Shown here one piece after another: positions 56,476 through 64,000 of a stretch of DNA of 64,000 nt. The DNA is taken from IMG/VR virus record IMGVR_UViG_3300031998_000040, positions 1 through 64,000 of that record. One strand, given 5' to 3'. The position numbers and the translations under genes are program-made. Position 1 is the first letter of the stretch. Every line of letters begins with the position of its first letter. Under the pieces are notes generated by a model, which was not told the origin of the DNA, made no database searches, and worked only from the letters and a program-made list of their open reading frames with translations. The DNA is from a virus (Duplodnaviria > Caudoviricetes).

Positions 56476-57828
56476 TCACACGAACCAGAAAATGTAGGCG
56501 GATTTATAATTGCTGCCGGGATCATCTGTCGTTACGGTGCTGCCCGCCGTGTAATTCTCTGCGTTGATTGTTCCTCCGCTGGAACTGTTGAACGTACCGT
56601 AAAGAACCATCCCGGAATTTGTGTTGGTTCCTGTGCATACCGCGTCCGCCGTGGTAGCCGCCGCGTCGATGGTGTCGTATGCGGTATCCACCAGCGCATA
56701 CAAAACGCTTGTGTAACCGGAATAAGAAGACAGGGAAACACCGAAGCTGTCGCCGGAAGTAACATCAACATCGAAGCGCATGATCCGGTAATTTCTCCGG
56801 TTCGTACCGCTGCTTTCATATGCGTGATATGCCAGAGATTCCCCAGTGATTGCAGTGCCGTTTTGTGTCGCGGAAATATTCAGGTCATAGGTGGAAGCTT
56901 CGCTGTTCAAGGCAATCACAAACAGCTTGTAGCTTCCGTTGGAATTCGTAGTAAAGGAAACACTTGTCGCTCCGGAACCGCTTTTCACGATTGCCGCTCG
57001 GTTTTCTGTCGGCGCAATATACAAATATGCCGTTCCAAGGCTTATGGTGTCCCAGGAAGGTATATCATTAAATTGATTTACGGCAGCAATACTGGTAAGT
57101 GCGCTTGGATTCTTCAGCGTTCCGTCGTCTGTATGTCCGGCGACAGAACCTCGGACAAGGTACTGATTGTAACTTTCATTGTTATGCTTCAGAAGAAGGC
57201 AACTGCCCGTACTAAGATTGCTTCCACTCGTGCGTCGGATAAGCGTTTCTTGTTGCGGTGTGAAGAAATTGAGATATTGCCACACGGTAGGCAAATAGCT
57301 TGAATCAACGTAATCATACGATGTTGTGATAAAAAACATTCCCGGATAATTGGGAAATTTAACGCTCACCTTGAAAGCAAATGCGGTTTTCAGACGTTCT
57401 GTGTCGATTGCTGTCCCGCTGTTTGCGGGGATATAACCGCACAAATCCTCGAAAACAAGCGGAGAGTATTTGTCAGAGATTACAACGGCAGAAACCATAA
57501 TTGCCTGGGTGATGCTGATGGTTGTGGTCGACGTTAATGCACCATAGTATATGTCAAGGCGTTCGGAGGTATAGATTCTAGTGAGATCTGATACCGGTAT
57601 CGGAGTGATATCACTTGTTGATTTTGTAATTCCGATGATGACTTTTTTCCCAATGGCGCTTTCTCCCAATATACCCTCTTGAACAATATTTCTAGTCGTG
57701 CCCGTTGTTGAATCATAAAACCATCCACTTCCACTCGTTGATTCCAAAAACGGACCGTCAAAAAGTCCAACGGCAGGCGTTCCGCCGCCGCCGCCGCCCA
57801 TCATGATCGGATTTCCCCAAATGCTCAT
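56476..57828 (-). CDS. putative receptor-binding/tail-associated protein
   Basis: MSIWGNPIMMGGGGGG start; Ser/Thr-rich; lower GC. Confidence 0.65.
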   Translation of the reverse strand: MSIWGNPIMMGGGGGGTPAVGLFDGPFLESTSGSGWFYDSTTGTTRNIVQEGILGESAIGKKVIIGITKSTSDITPIPVSDLTRIYTSERLDIYYGALTSTTTISITQAIMVSAVVISDKYSPLVFEDLCGYIPANSGTAIDTERLKTAFAFKVSVKFPNYPGMFFITTSYDYVDSSYLPTVWQYLNFFTPQQETLIRRTSGSNLSTGSCLLLKHNNESYNQYLVRGSVAGHTDDGTLKNPSALTSIAAVNQFNDIPSWDTISLGTAYLYIAPTENRAAIVKSGSGATSVSFTTNSNGSYKLFVIALNSEASTYDLNISATQNGTAITGESLAYHAYESSGTNRRNYRIMRFDVDVTSGDSFGVSLSSYSGYTSVLYALVDTAYDTIDAAATTADAVCTGTNTNSGMVLYGTFNSSSGGTINAENYTAGSTVTTDDPGSNYKSAYIFWFV

Positions 57829-58613
57829 ATCGTTTCCTCCACTGTGCATAGCACGGTCATTTCCGCTTGCGGCGCTTCCCCCAGGGCGTAGGCCGTCAGC
57901 GTTCCCGCGTTGTTTTCGATGACGAGGCCCGTCACCCCGCCGTCAATGAGACTTGTGATCTGCGCAGCCGTGGGCAGCAGGTCGATCTTGCTGTTTGCCG
58001 TAACCGAAGCGCCCAGCACCGTCACCGTCTGCGTATAGGGGCTTGCTTCCCCCGTCCACGTCGTACCGAGCGTGATGCTCCCGGTCTTCTTCGGCGGATT
58101 ATCCTCGCTGTACTGCGTCACGTTGGCGACGTTTCCCAGTCCGACCTGCGAAGCCGTAACGCCGTGGGGGTTGTCCCTGCTGCGCTCGTGTTCGCTCAGG
58201 TCGCTTGCGAGATAGGCTCTCGCCCAGTGCGCCGCGTCCCACGCCTCCGGCTCGGAAATGTCCACCGTCGCCCGGTACAGGATGCCGTTGTGTAGCCGGT
58301 ATGACCCCCGCAGATACCCCGTCGAAGGGCTGTATTGAAGCGCCAGGTTGATGTTCGGGTCGTCATTCAGCGCCCACACGTTCGCTTCCGTCGCGCTGAC
58401 CCGGCACTGCCATATCTGATTGGGAGATACCGAGATATCCACATAGAGCTGGCCCACCTTGCCGTTTGTGTACTGCGTCGGCGCTCCGGCCCCGTAAAGT
58501 ATCTGATTGTCCTCGATGGTTTGGGACATGGCCCCAAGCTCGTCGTCGTTGATGGCCGGAGGCTGCTGGTCCATCCATTCCGGCGCGATGTATTTCCCGT
58601 TTGTGACCGGCAA
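57825..58613 (-). CDS. tail fibre N-terminal module (paralogue of 49466-51292)
   Basis: Colinear similarity over ~260 aa. Confidence 0.75.
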   Translation of the reverse strand: MPVTNGKYIAPEWMDQQPPAINDDELGAMSQTIEDNQILYGAGAPTQYTNGKVGQLYVDISVSPNQIWQCRVSATEANVWALNDDPNINLALQYSPSTGYLRGSYRLHNGILYRATVDISEPEAWDAAHWARAYLASDLSEHERSRDNPHGVTASQVGLGNVANVTQYSEDNPPKKTGSITLGTTWTGEASPYTQTVTVLGASVTANSKIDLLPTAAQITSLIDGGVTGLVIENNAGTLTAYALGEAPQAEMTVLCTVEETI

Positions 58614-58656
58614 ATCCCCCGGCCTCCTTTCCCGTCTCCCGTCCCCCGCAGGACCG

Positions 58657-59106
58657 TCACAAAAACTTGTGCTCCCTCGCGCATTCGTCGTAGACCTTCC
58701 GTATGATCTCCGAACTCCGCAGCGTCAGTTCGTTCTTGAATTTCGGATGGTCTGCGCAGTATTGGTCGTAGACGGTGATATCCTGCAAGCACTGCTCGAA
58801 ATTCCCCTGCGTGTGCAGGTGCTTCGGCTCGTTGATAAGCTCGTCGGCAAAGCGTAGTATCCTCGTCCGGCATTGGACGGCGTAACGCTCGTCATCAGCG
58901 GCGATGTGGTCTTTCAGTTCCTTCTTCACGTCGGAAAGACTGTCCAGTATCTGCTTCAGCTTTCCCTTCTTTTCGTCCCGCTTTGCCCATATCCGGTTGA
59001 TGACAAGCGTGATAATGCCGAAGACTCCGCCGATGATCGCCGCCATGACCCCCGCCGTTTGCAGCAAGGAAGCAAAGGTTATGGTCTCACTCGCCGCGTT
59101 CTCCAT
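58657..59106 (-). CDS. holin-like membrane protein
   Basis: N-terminal TM helix; RTRILRFADEL..H..F..DI..Y..YC. Confidence 0.65.
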   Translation of the reverse strand: MENAASETITFASLLQTAGVMAAIIGGVFGIITLVINRIWAKRDEKKGKLKQILDSLSDVKKELKDHIAADDERYAVQCRTRILRFADELINEPKHLHTQGNFEQCLQDITVYDQYCADHPKFKNELTLRSSEIIRKVYDECAREHKFL

Positions 59107-59323
59107 CCTCCGGCTCCTCCGTCTTCTTCTTTTTCTTCGCCGCTTTCTTCTTCGGCGCGGGTTTTTCCTGCTCGGCTGCTTCCGTTTCGGGAACTTCAAT
59201 CTCCCGGATTTCGGCGATCTGCCCGCTCAGCTTCCGCACCCGGTCTTCCCCCGTCAGCCAGTATTTCCCGGCTTCTCCCGTGATCTCCCGTGTGCTCCCG
59301 TCTTTGAAAACCAGAATCTTCAT
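59087..59323 (-). CDS. small basic protein
   Basis: RBS GAAAGGAG. Confidence 0.6.
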   Translation of the reverse strand: MKILVFKDGSTREITGEAGKYWLTGEDRVRKLSGQIAEIREIEVPETEAAEQEKPAPKKKAAKKKKKTEEPEDGERGE

Positions 59324-59393
59324 AATATCCTATATCTCCTTTCAACGGCGTTTTCGCGCCAATTTATAAAATGCGTTCTCAGAAACACCCGTC

Positions 59394-62300
59394 CTAGTCC
59401 TCATCATCCTCCGTCAACGGCCACTCCGTCACCGTCGCCGTCGGGAAGTCCTGCACGGATACAGCGCTGATCGTCATTGCCCCGCTGTGGGCCAGCGGCC
59501 TCGTGTATCCCTGGATCAGATGCCGTTCCACAGGATTCCCCGGCTTGTCCGTCCGAACGATCTCTACCAGGCTGTTCAGGTCAATGTGCATCATTTGGGT
59601 GCAGCTCACGCTCACCGCCTTTTGGAGTACGCTGGAGCGCTTCAGCTTCCATTCCGCAAGATCCCGGCATTGGGTCGATGTGGCGTATCCGCTGGCGCTT
59701 TCGTATTTCGTCTTCCGACCGATGATGCCCACGTTCGTGTCGCTCCGTGGGTCGTAGTTGGTGGCTCTGCCTCCCGGCTGGTGATAGTCGTCCAGCATTT
59801 CCCCGACTACGATATAGTCGTTGTAAACGTCCTCTTTCTTGACGGTATATGCCATGCCGAGAAGCTGCGTTTCCTCCGGCGTAAAGCGCCAGAGGACCGG
59901 CTTGTTCGTGTCCAGAATGTCATCCTGGCTGGGGTCGATCCTGAGCCGCCCCGTGTTGTCGTAGCCCACCCATGCGTTCACCATACCGGCCAGTCCGAGG
60001 ATAACCTGCGCGACGGTCCCTCCCCCGTTGATCGTCAGGGTATAGGGGCTGTCGGTCATATAGGCGGTGGTCCCGTCGGTCAGCTCCTGTGTCTTGTCGT
60101 TGTAATATTCCGTATATACCGGGGCCATGTTGTCCAGAGGTCGTCCGTTTCCCCGGTCTTCCTCCAGCAGCGCTGTGATGGGTTCAAAAATATTCGTTCC
60201 AACAGCGACTTCGTAGGTCCCCTCCAGGTTCCCGGCCAGCGTCCCGTCCAGCGCCGCCCACTTGTCCAGCAGGCGGTAGGTCACGGTCTTCGTCTTCGGG
60301 TCGATCTTTTCCTGGGGGTTGTCGATCAGGAACACCCCCGTCTGCCGGTAGTATTCGTTTCCGTCTGAAAGCACCAGACCCTCGTCGATGGCGATTTCCT
60401 GCCCGAACCACACCTTTCCCAACGCCGTCTCGTATTCCAGATCGGCGTTGTCCAGCGTCACCGTGGCGCTGATGCGCTGCCCGTTCTGAAGGTTTGCCGT
60501 CACGCTGCCGCTTGCGATAAAGGTCCTGCTTCGCTTGTTCCGGGGATTGTTGTCCAGCGCAAATGCCGTCGTCCCGTTGGGGTTCAAAAACCGCAGGCGG
60601 CACAGCTTGACGAAAGGCGTCCGAAGCTGCCGCAGATAGTCCTGCTGCCGGTCGATGGTGGTGTAGTCCCGTCCGATCAGAACGTAGAGGACCGCCGGTT
60701 CGCTGTCGTAGTATCCGCTTCCCGGAATGGAAGCCGTCAGGGAGTAGACGTAGGTCTGCCCCGTGGTGAGTCCGGTGTCCGTATAGGTCTTGGCCGTCCC
60801 CTGATAGAGGAGGGTCCCATCCCGCCTGAGCGTATAGGTCACGGTCGCCCCGTAGCTCCGCAGGTCCCAGTTCAGCGTGGTGCTGGTCTGCGTCTGTCTG
60901 GCTTCCAGCAGCGTCGGTGTTTCGAGCTGCGGCATGGTGGATACTGTGACGCTTTTCCCCGTGCTGTCGTAATAGCCGCTGGCCTTGGCAACGATCTTAT
61001 AGGTATAGCTGCTCCCCGGCGTGGTCGTCCGGTCCGTGTAGCTCGTTCCCGTTACCGTTCCGATCTTCTTTCCGTCCCGGTAGATGTCGTAGCTTGTCGC
61101 CCCCGTCGCCGCTGTCCAGTTCAGCGTCACGCTGCTCACCGTCTGGCTGGCGCGAAGGTTCGTCACGTTGGGAAGCTGCGGCTTGTTGCTGGTGGTGATG
61201 CTTGCCCCGTCGCTGTCCCAGCGTCCGCTGGCCTTTGCCACGACGGTATAGGTGTGGCTCGATCCGGCACCGCCCGCGTTGTCCGTGCATTTCGGTGTGC
61301 TGACGGTGGTGAATTCCGTCCCGTCCCTGCTCACCGTATAGCTGGTGGCTCCGGTAACGGCGTTCCATGTGATTGTCGTATTTTTCGCCGTGTAGGCTGC
61401 CTTCAGGTTCGTCGGTGCAGGCAGCTTTTCCTGCGAAGTGAAGGTGATGACCACCGGTTCGCTTTCCGCGTAGTCGGTGGAATATGCCGCGATCTCCCGC
61501 GTGTATTCCGTCCCGTCTCCAATCCCCGTCTCCGTATATGGGGATTGCGTCACCGTTCCCAGCAGATGACCCTGCCCGTCGTAAATCCGATAGGCGCTGG
61601 CGTTGGGAACGGTGGTAAAGGCGATCTGCACCGTACCCTCGGTCGGGTAGCTGATGCCCGTCACCGTCGGCGTGGGGAGCTGCCCCTTGATGACCGTGAT
61701 GCGGATATATCCGCCGTCCCTGTGCCCGCTGCTCGATGTGGTCCCGTCCGGCTCCGGGATGGGGTCTCCTTCGTCGTGTCCGCTTTTCGTCACGGCGTCC
61801 GTCAGCCAGTAAGCGCTTCCCAGCGCGTAGCCCGACGGCGTGTTCCCCGCCGTCTCCGCCGCGAGGACGAAGCCGCTTCCGCCAGCGCCGCCCATGTGCA
61901 CCTCGGCGTATCTTTCGCCGCTACTCTCGTAGTATTGGAATCCTCCTGCGCCGCCGCCGTACCATCCGCCGCCGCCCTTTCCGATTTCCGTATGATAGTG
62001 ACCGGACCAGTAGCCTCCGTTTCCGAAGCTTCCGTTCACGGAATGATGGCCGCTTTGCGTGTATCCCGTGCCATTCGAGCCGCCGGTGGTCTGCGATCCG
62101 CCTTGTCCGTAATATGCTTCCGTTCCTGCCGACGAACCGTTTTCTCCGCCTCCGGCACATCCGTTTATGTCATATGGTATGGGGAACGGCTGGGGATATC
62201 CGTCCGGCCCGATTCTGTATTGTGCGCCGCCGTCTTCTCCTCCGCCACCCGCCACGAGAACGCGGTTGTTCAGCGCATCACGTTTGAGGCGGATATCGCT

Positions 62301-62651
62301 TGCCCCTCCGGCTCCGGCATAAAACCATGTGGAAGACGACACTTGGTGGTATTCCGCGTTTCCGCCGTTGTATCCAACCGTACCGGCGCGTAGATAGACT
62401 GCCGTGGATGCGCTCAGCGTCAGCGTTCCTCTGGCATAGCCGCCGCTGCCGCCCACAGGGATCATTTCCGCCGTGCCCCCGCTTACGCTTCCAGCAACGC
62501 TTCCCCACGCTTCCAGCCGGTATTCCCCTTTTGGAAGCGTCATACTCAGCGTTTGTGCGCTTCTGCCGTCTTCGCTCCTGTAGGGATAGTTCAGGATATC
62601 CCCGGTCATGAACCGTTCCGGTATTCCGTCCCAAAGATTGTAGGTAGCCAT
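59394..62651 (-). CDS. large tail protein: Gly-rich domain, Fn3 repeats, DUF5048-like C-terminus
   Basis: YRLEAWG..GGGGWYGGG; WNAVTGATSY/YDIYRDG Fn3 repeats. Confidence 0.82.
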   Translation of the reverse strand: MATYNLWDGIPERFMTGDILNYPYRSEDGRSAQTLSMTLPKGEYRLEAWGSVAGSVSGGTAEMIPVGGSGGYARGTLTLSASTAVYLRAGTVGYNGGNAEYHQVSSSTWFYAGAGGASDIRLKRDALNNRVLVAGGGGEDGGAQYRIGPDGYPQPFPIPYDINGCAGGGENGSSAGTEAYYGQGGSQTTGGSNGTGYTQSGHHSVNGSFGNGGYWSGHYHTEIGKGGGGWYGGGAGGFQYYESSGERYAEVHMGGAGGSGFVLAAETAGNTPSGYALGSAYWLTDAVTKSGHDEGDPIPEPDGTTSSSGHRDGGYIRITVIKGQLPTPTVTGISYPTEGTVQIAFTTVPNASAYRIYDGQGHLLGTVTQSPYTETGIGDGTEYTREIAAYSTDYAESEPVVITFTSQEKLPAPTNLKAAYTAKNTTITWNAVTGATSYTVSRDGTEFTTVSTPKCTDNAGGAGSSHTYTVVAKASGRWDSDGASITTSNKPQLPNVTNLRASQTVSSVTLNWTAATGATSYDIYRDGKKIGTVTGTSYTDRTTTPGSSYTYKIVAKASGYYDSTGKSVTVSTMPQLETPTLLEARQTQTSTTLNWDLRSYGATVTYTLRRDGTLLYQGTAKTYTDTGLTTGQTYVYSLTASIPGSGYYDSEPAVLYVLIGRDYTTIDRQQDYLRQLRTPFVKLCRLRFLNPNGTTAFALDNNPRNKRSRTFIASGSVTANLQNGQRISATVTLDNADLEYETALGKVWFGQEIAIDEGLVLSDGNEYYRQTGVFLIDNPQEKIDPKTKTVTYRLLDKWAALDGTLAGNLEGTYEVAVGTNIFEPITALLEEDRGNGRPLDNMAPVYTEYYNDKTQELTDGTTAYMTDSPYTLTINGGGTVAQVILGLAGMVNAWVGYDNTGRLRIDPSQDDILDTNKPVLWRFTPEETQLLGMAYTVKKEDVYNDYIVVGEMLDDYHQPGGRATNYDPRSDTNVGIIGRKTKYESASGYATSTQCRDLAEWKLKRSSVLQKAVSVSCTQMMHIDLNSLVEIVRTDKPGNPVERHLIQGYTRPLAHSGAMTISAVSVQDFPTATVTEWPLTEDDED

Positions 62652-62725
62652 TCCATCCGTTCCTTTCTGCCAGCCGCCATCGGTCGGCAGTCAATTCCCG
62701 TCCGCCGCAGGTCGTAGCTCTCGCC

Positions 62726-64000
62726 TTACACGTCCACGGCCCAGATTCCCTCCTGCGCCGCGTCCTCCAGCGCGATCCACGGAACGCTGACCGTCTGTGC
62801 CAGCGCTTCCGTCTTCTCGCTTGTCGCCGCCGTCACCGCACCGTTCAGGCGGATTCGCATAACGTCGCCCTTGCTGCTTTTGAGGAAAATGGGGTTCTCG
62901 CTGACGCTGAGGGCCATCAGCGCGTTTCTGAGCGCAAGGCTGTCCGTATATCTCCCGGAGGAAACCGTTCCGAGGAGGGCTTTCAGCGTCCCGCTGCGAT
63001 AGTTCTGCGGCGCAGGCTGTACCGTGGGGTTCGGCGTGAAATTTTGAAGTACGCTGGGGGAGTTGTTGTTGCTGACGCTGCCGCTGTCCATGTTGTAGCG
63101 GAAGTGATACTGCGCGTTCACCGTAAAGGTTCCGTTGTCGTTTTTCACAGCCGTCAGCAGCGTCCAGCGGTAGAACAGCGGTCGTATCTGTTCGCTCCGC
63201 ACGGGCGTCCCGATGATTTCGGAGGATGCGTTCGCCGCCGCCGCAATGTAGTCGTAAGGCCCTTGACTGCTGGCAGCGCCGTAGTCGATGATGCTGCGGA
63301 TTCCGATGCCCACGTCCGCCACCTTGACGAGGACGCCGCTGTTTCCCTGTTCCCTGAAGATAAGCCAGCGGCTCTGGCCGGAAACCGTGCTCATGTTCTG
63401 CCATCCGACGGCGATGCCGTTAATGTCCTTCTTCACGCCCACGGTCACGGCCCCCGCCGTTTCTGCCACGCTGTACTGCACGTTGAAGGTAGCCCATCCG
63501 GTGTCCAGAAGGACGCCGCTGCTGGTCTGCGCCGTCGCCTTGAAGCTGTAGGTATAGCCGCTTCGGAAGCTCTTGTAGGTGCAGGAATACACCGCCGCCC
63601 CGTAGATGTTTCCGCTGTCGTAGACCGGGTGATCCGTGTCGCTCCCCTGCGCGATCTGATAGCGTATCCAGTCCAGCGTGTCCCCCTGCTGCTGCGCGTA
63701 ATTGAGGTAAAAGGTGTAGCTACTGGCCGTGACCGTAGCGGGCACGGTCGTCAGCGTGAAGGTGGGGTTCCGCCGGGTGATGAAAACGCTGGCGCTCGTC
63801 TGCGTCACGCTCTTTTCCGTCCCGTTGTCGTCGTAGTATTGGGTGATGACCAGCTTGTATTCCTGCCCGTTGACGATCCCCGCGCCGGAAAGCGCCGTTG
63901 CGGGGATCGTGTAGCTGAAGTATTGCAGATTTCCAAGCGCGTCCGCGCCGTAGAAGGGCGTGGGGAAGCTCACCTTCCCCGTGGTGTATTTCAGCGTGGA
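62726..64000 (-). CDS. tail protein (5' end outside the window)
   Basis: Beta-rich ORF open to the window edge, within the structural operon. Confidence 0.7.
   Translation of the reverse strand, partial: STLKYTTGKVSFPTPFYGADALGNLQYFSYTIPATALSGAGIVNGQEYKLVITQYYDDNGTEKSVTQTSASVFITRRNPTFTLTTVPATVTASSYTFYLNYAQQQGDTLDWIRYQIAQGSDTDHPVYDSGNIYGAAVYSCTYKSFRSGYTYSFKATAQTSSGVLLDTGWATFNVQYSVAETAGAVTVGVKKDINGIAVGWQNMSTVSGQSRWLIFREQGNSGVLVKVADVGIGIRSIIDYGAASSQGPYDYIAAAANASSEIIGTPVRSEQIRPLFYRWTLLTAVKNDNGTFTVNAQYHFRYNMDSGSVSNNNSPSVLQNFTPNPTVQPAPQNYRSGTLKALLGTVSSGRYTDSLALRNALMALSVSENPIFLKSSKGDVMRIRLNGAVTAATSEKTEALAQTVSVPWIALEDAAQEGIWAVDV

Noticed and set aside
1-64000. Genome-wide amber recoding with a suppressor tRNA
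   Set aside because: TAG ends several genes at natural positions, and the two clear tRNAs read Gln and Gly.
49466-64000. Diversity-generating retroelement or invertible tail cassette
   Set aside because: No reverse transcriptase, no adenine-only TR/VR pair and no inverted crossover repeats were seen.

Overview
64-kb segment of a temperate tailed-phage genome, probably from a Bacillota/Clostridia host (Gram-positive RBSs, sigmaA-type promoters, SLH-domain lysin). It appears to be in non-integrated form because the attP-like site looks intact. Layout: (1) 1-6.98 kb, recombination genes, a RAMP/Cas7-like gene with a ~630-nt periodic non-coding array, cro/cI switch, integrase and attP; (2) 7-24.7 kb, leftward operon with methylase, helicase, a tRNA/ncRNA island, homing endonucleases and many small ORFs; (3) 24.7-27.5 kb, GC-rich repeat region with a sigma-factor-like gene; (4) 27.6-49.3 kb, rightward early/host-takeover-like region with 8 copies of a GGTTGC-N16-YYRCC promoter motif; (5) 49.5-64 kb, leftward tail and lysis genes. 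Best candidate for a novel system: the stand-alone Cas7-like gene (2023-2703) followed by an array of G[C/A/T]NNN pentamers punctuated by GCARNG hexamers (1391-2022), a possible non-contiguous-code guide-RNA array. Other highlights are a ~375-nt ornate ncRNA, a tRNA-like RNA with a self-masked anticodon, a phage sigma regulon, a SinI-like ORF antisense to cI, and a double kissing-loop attenuator. All family assignments come from motif recognition by eye; no searches were run.
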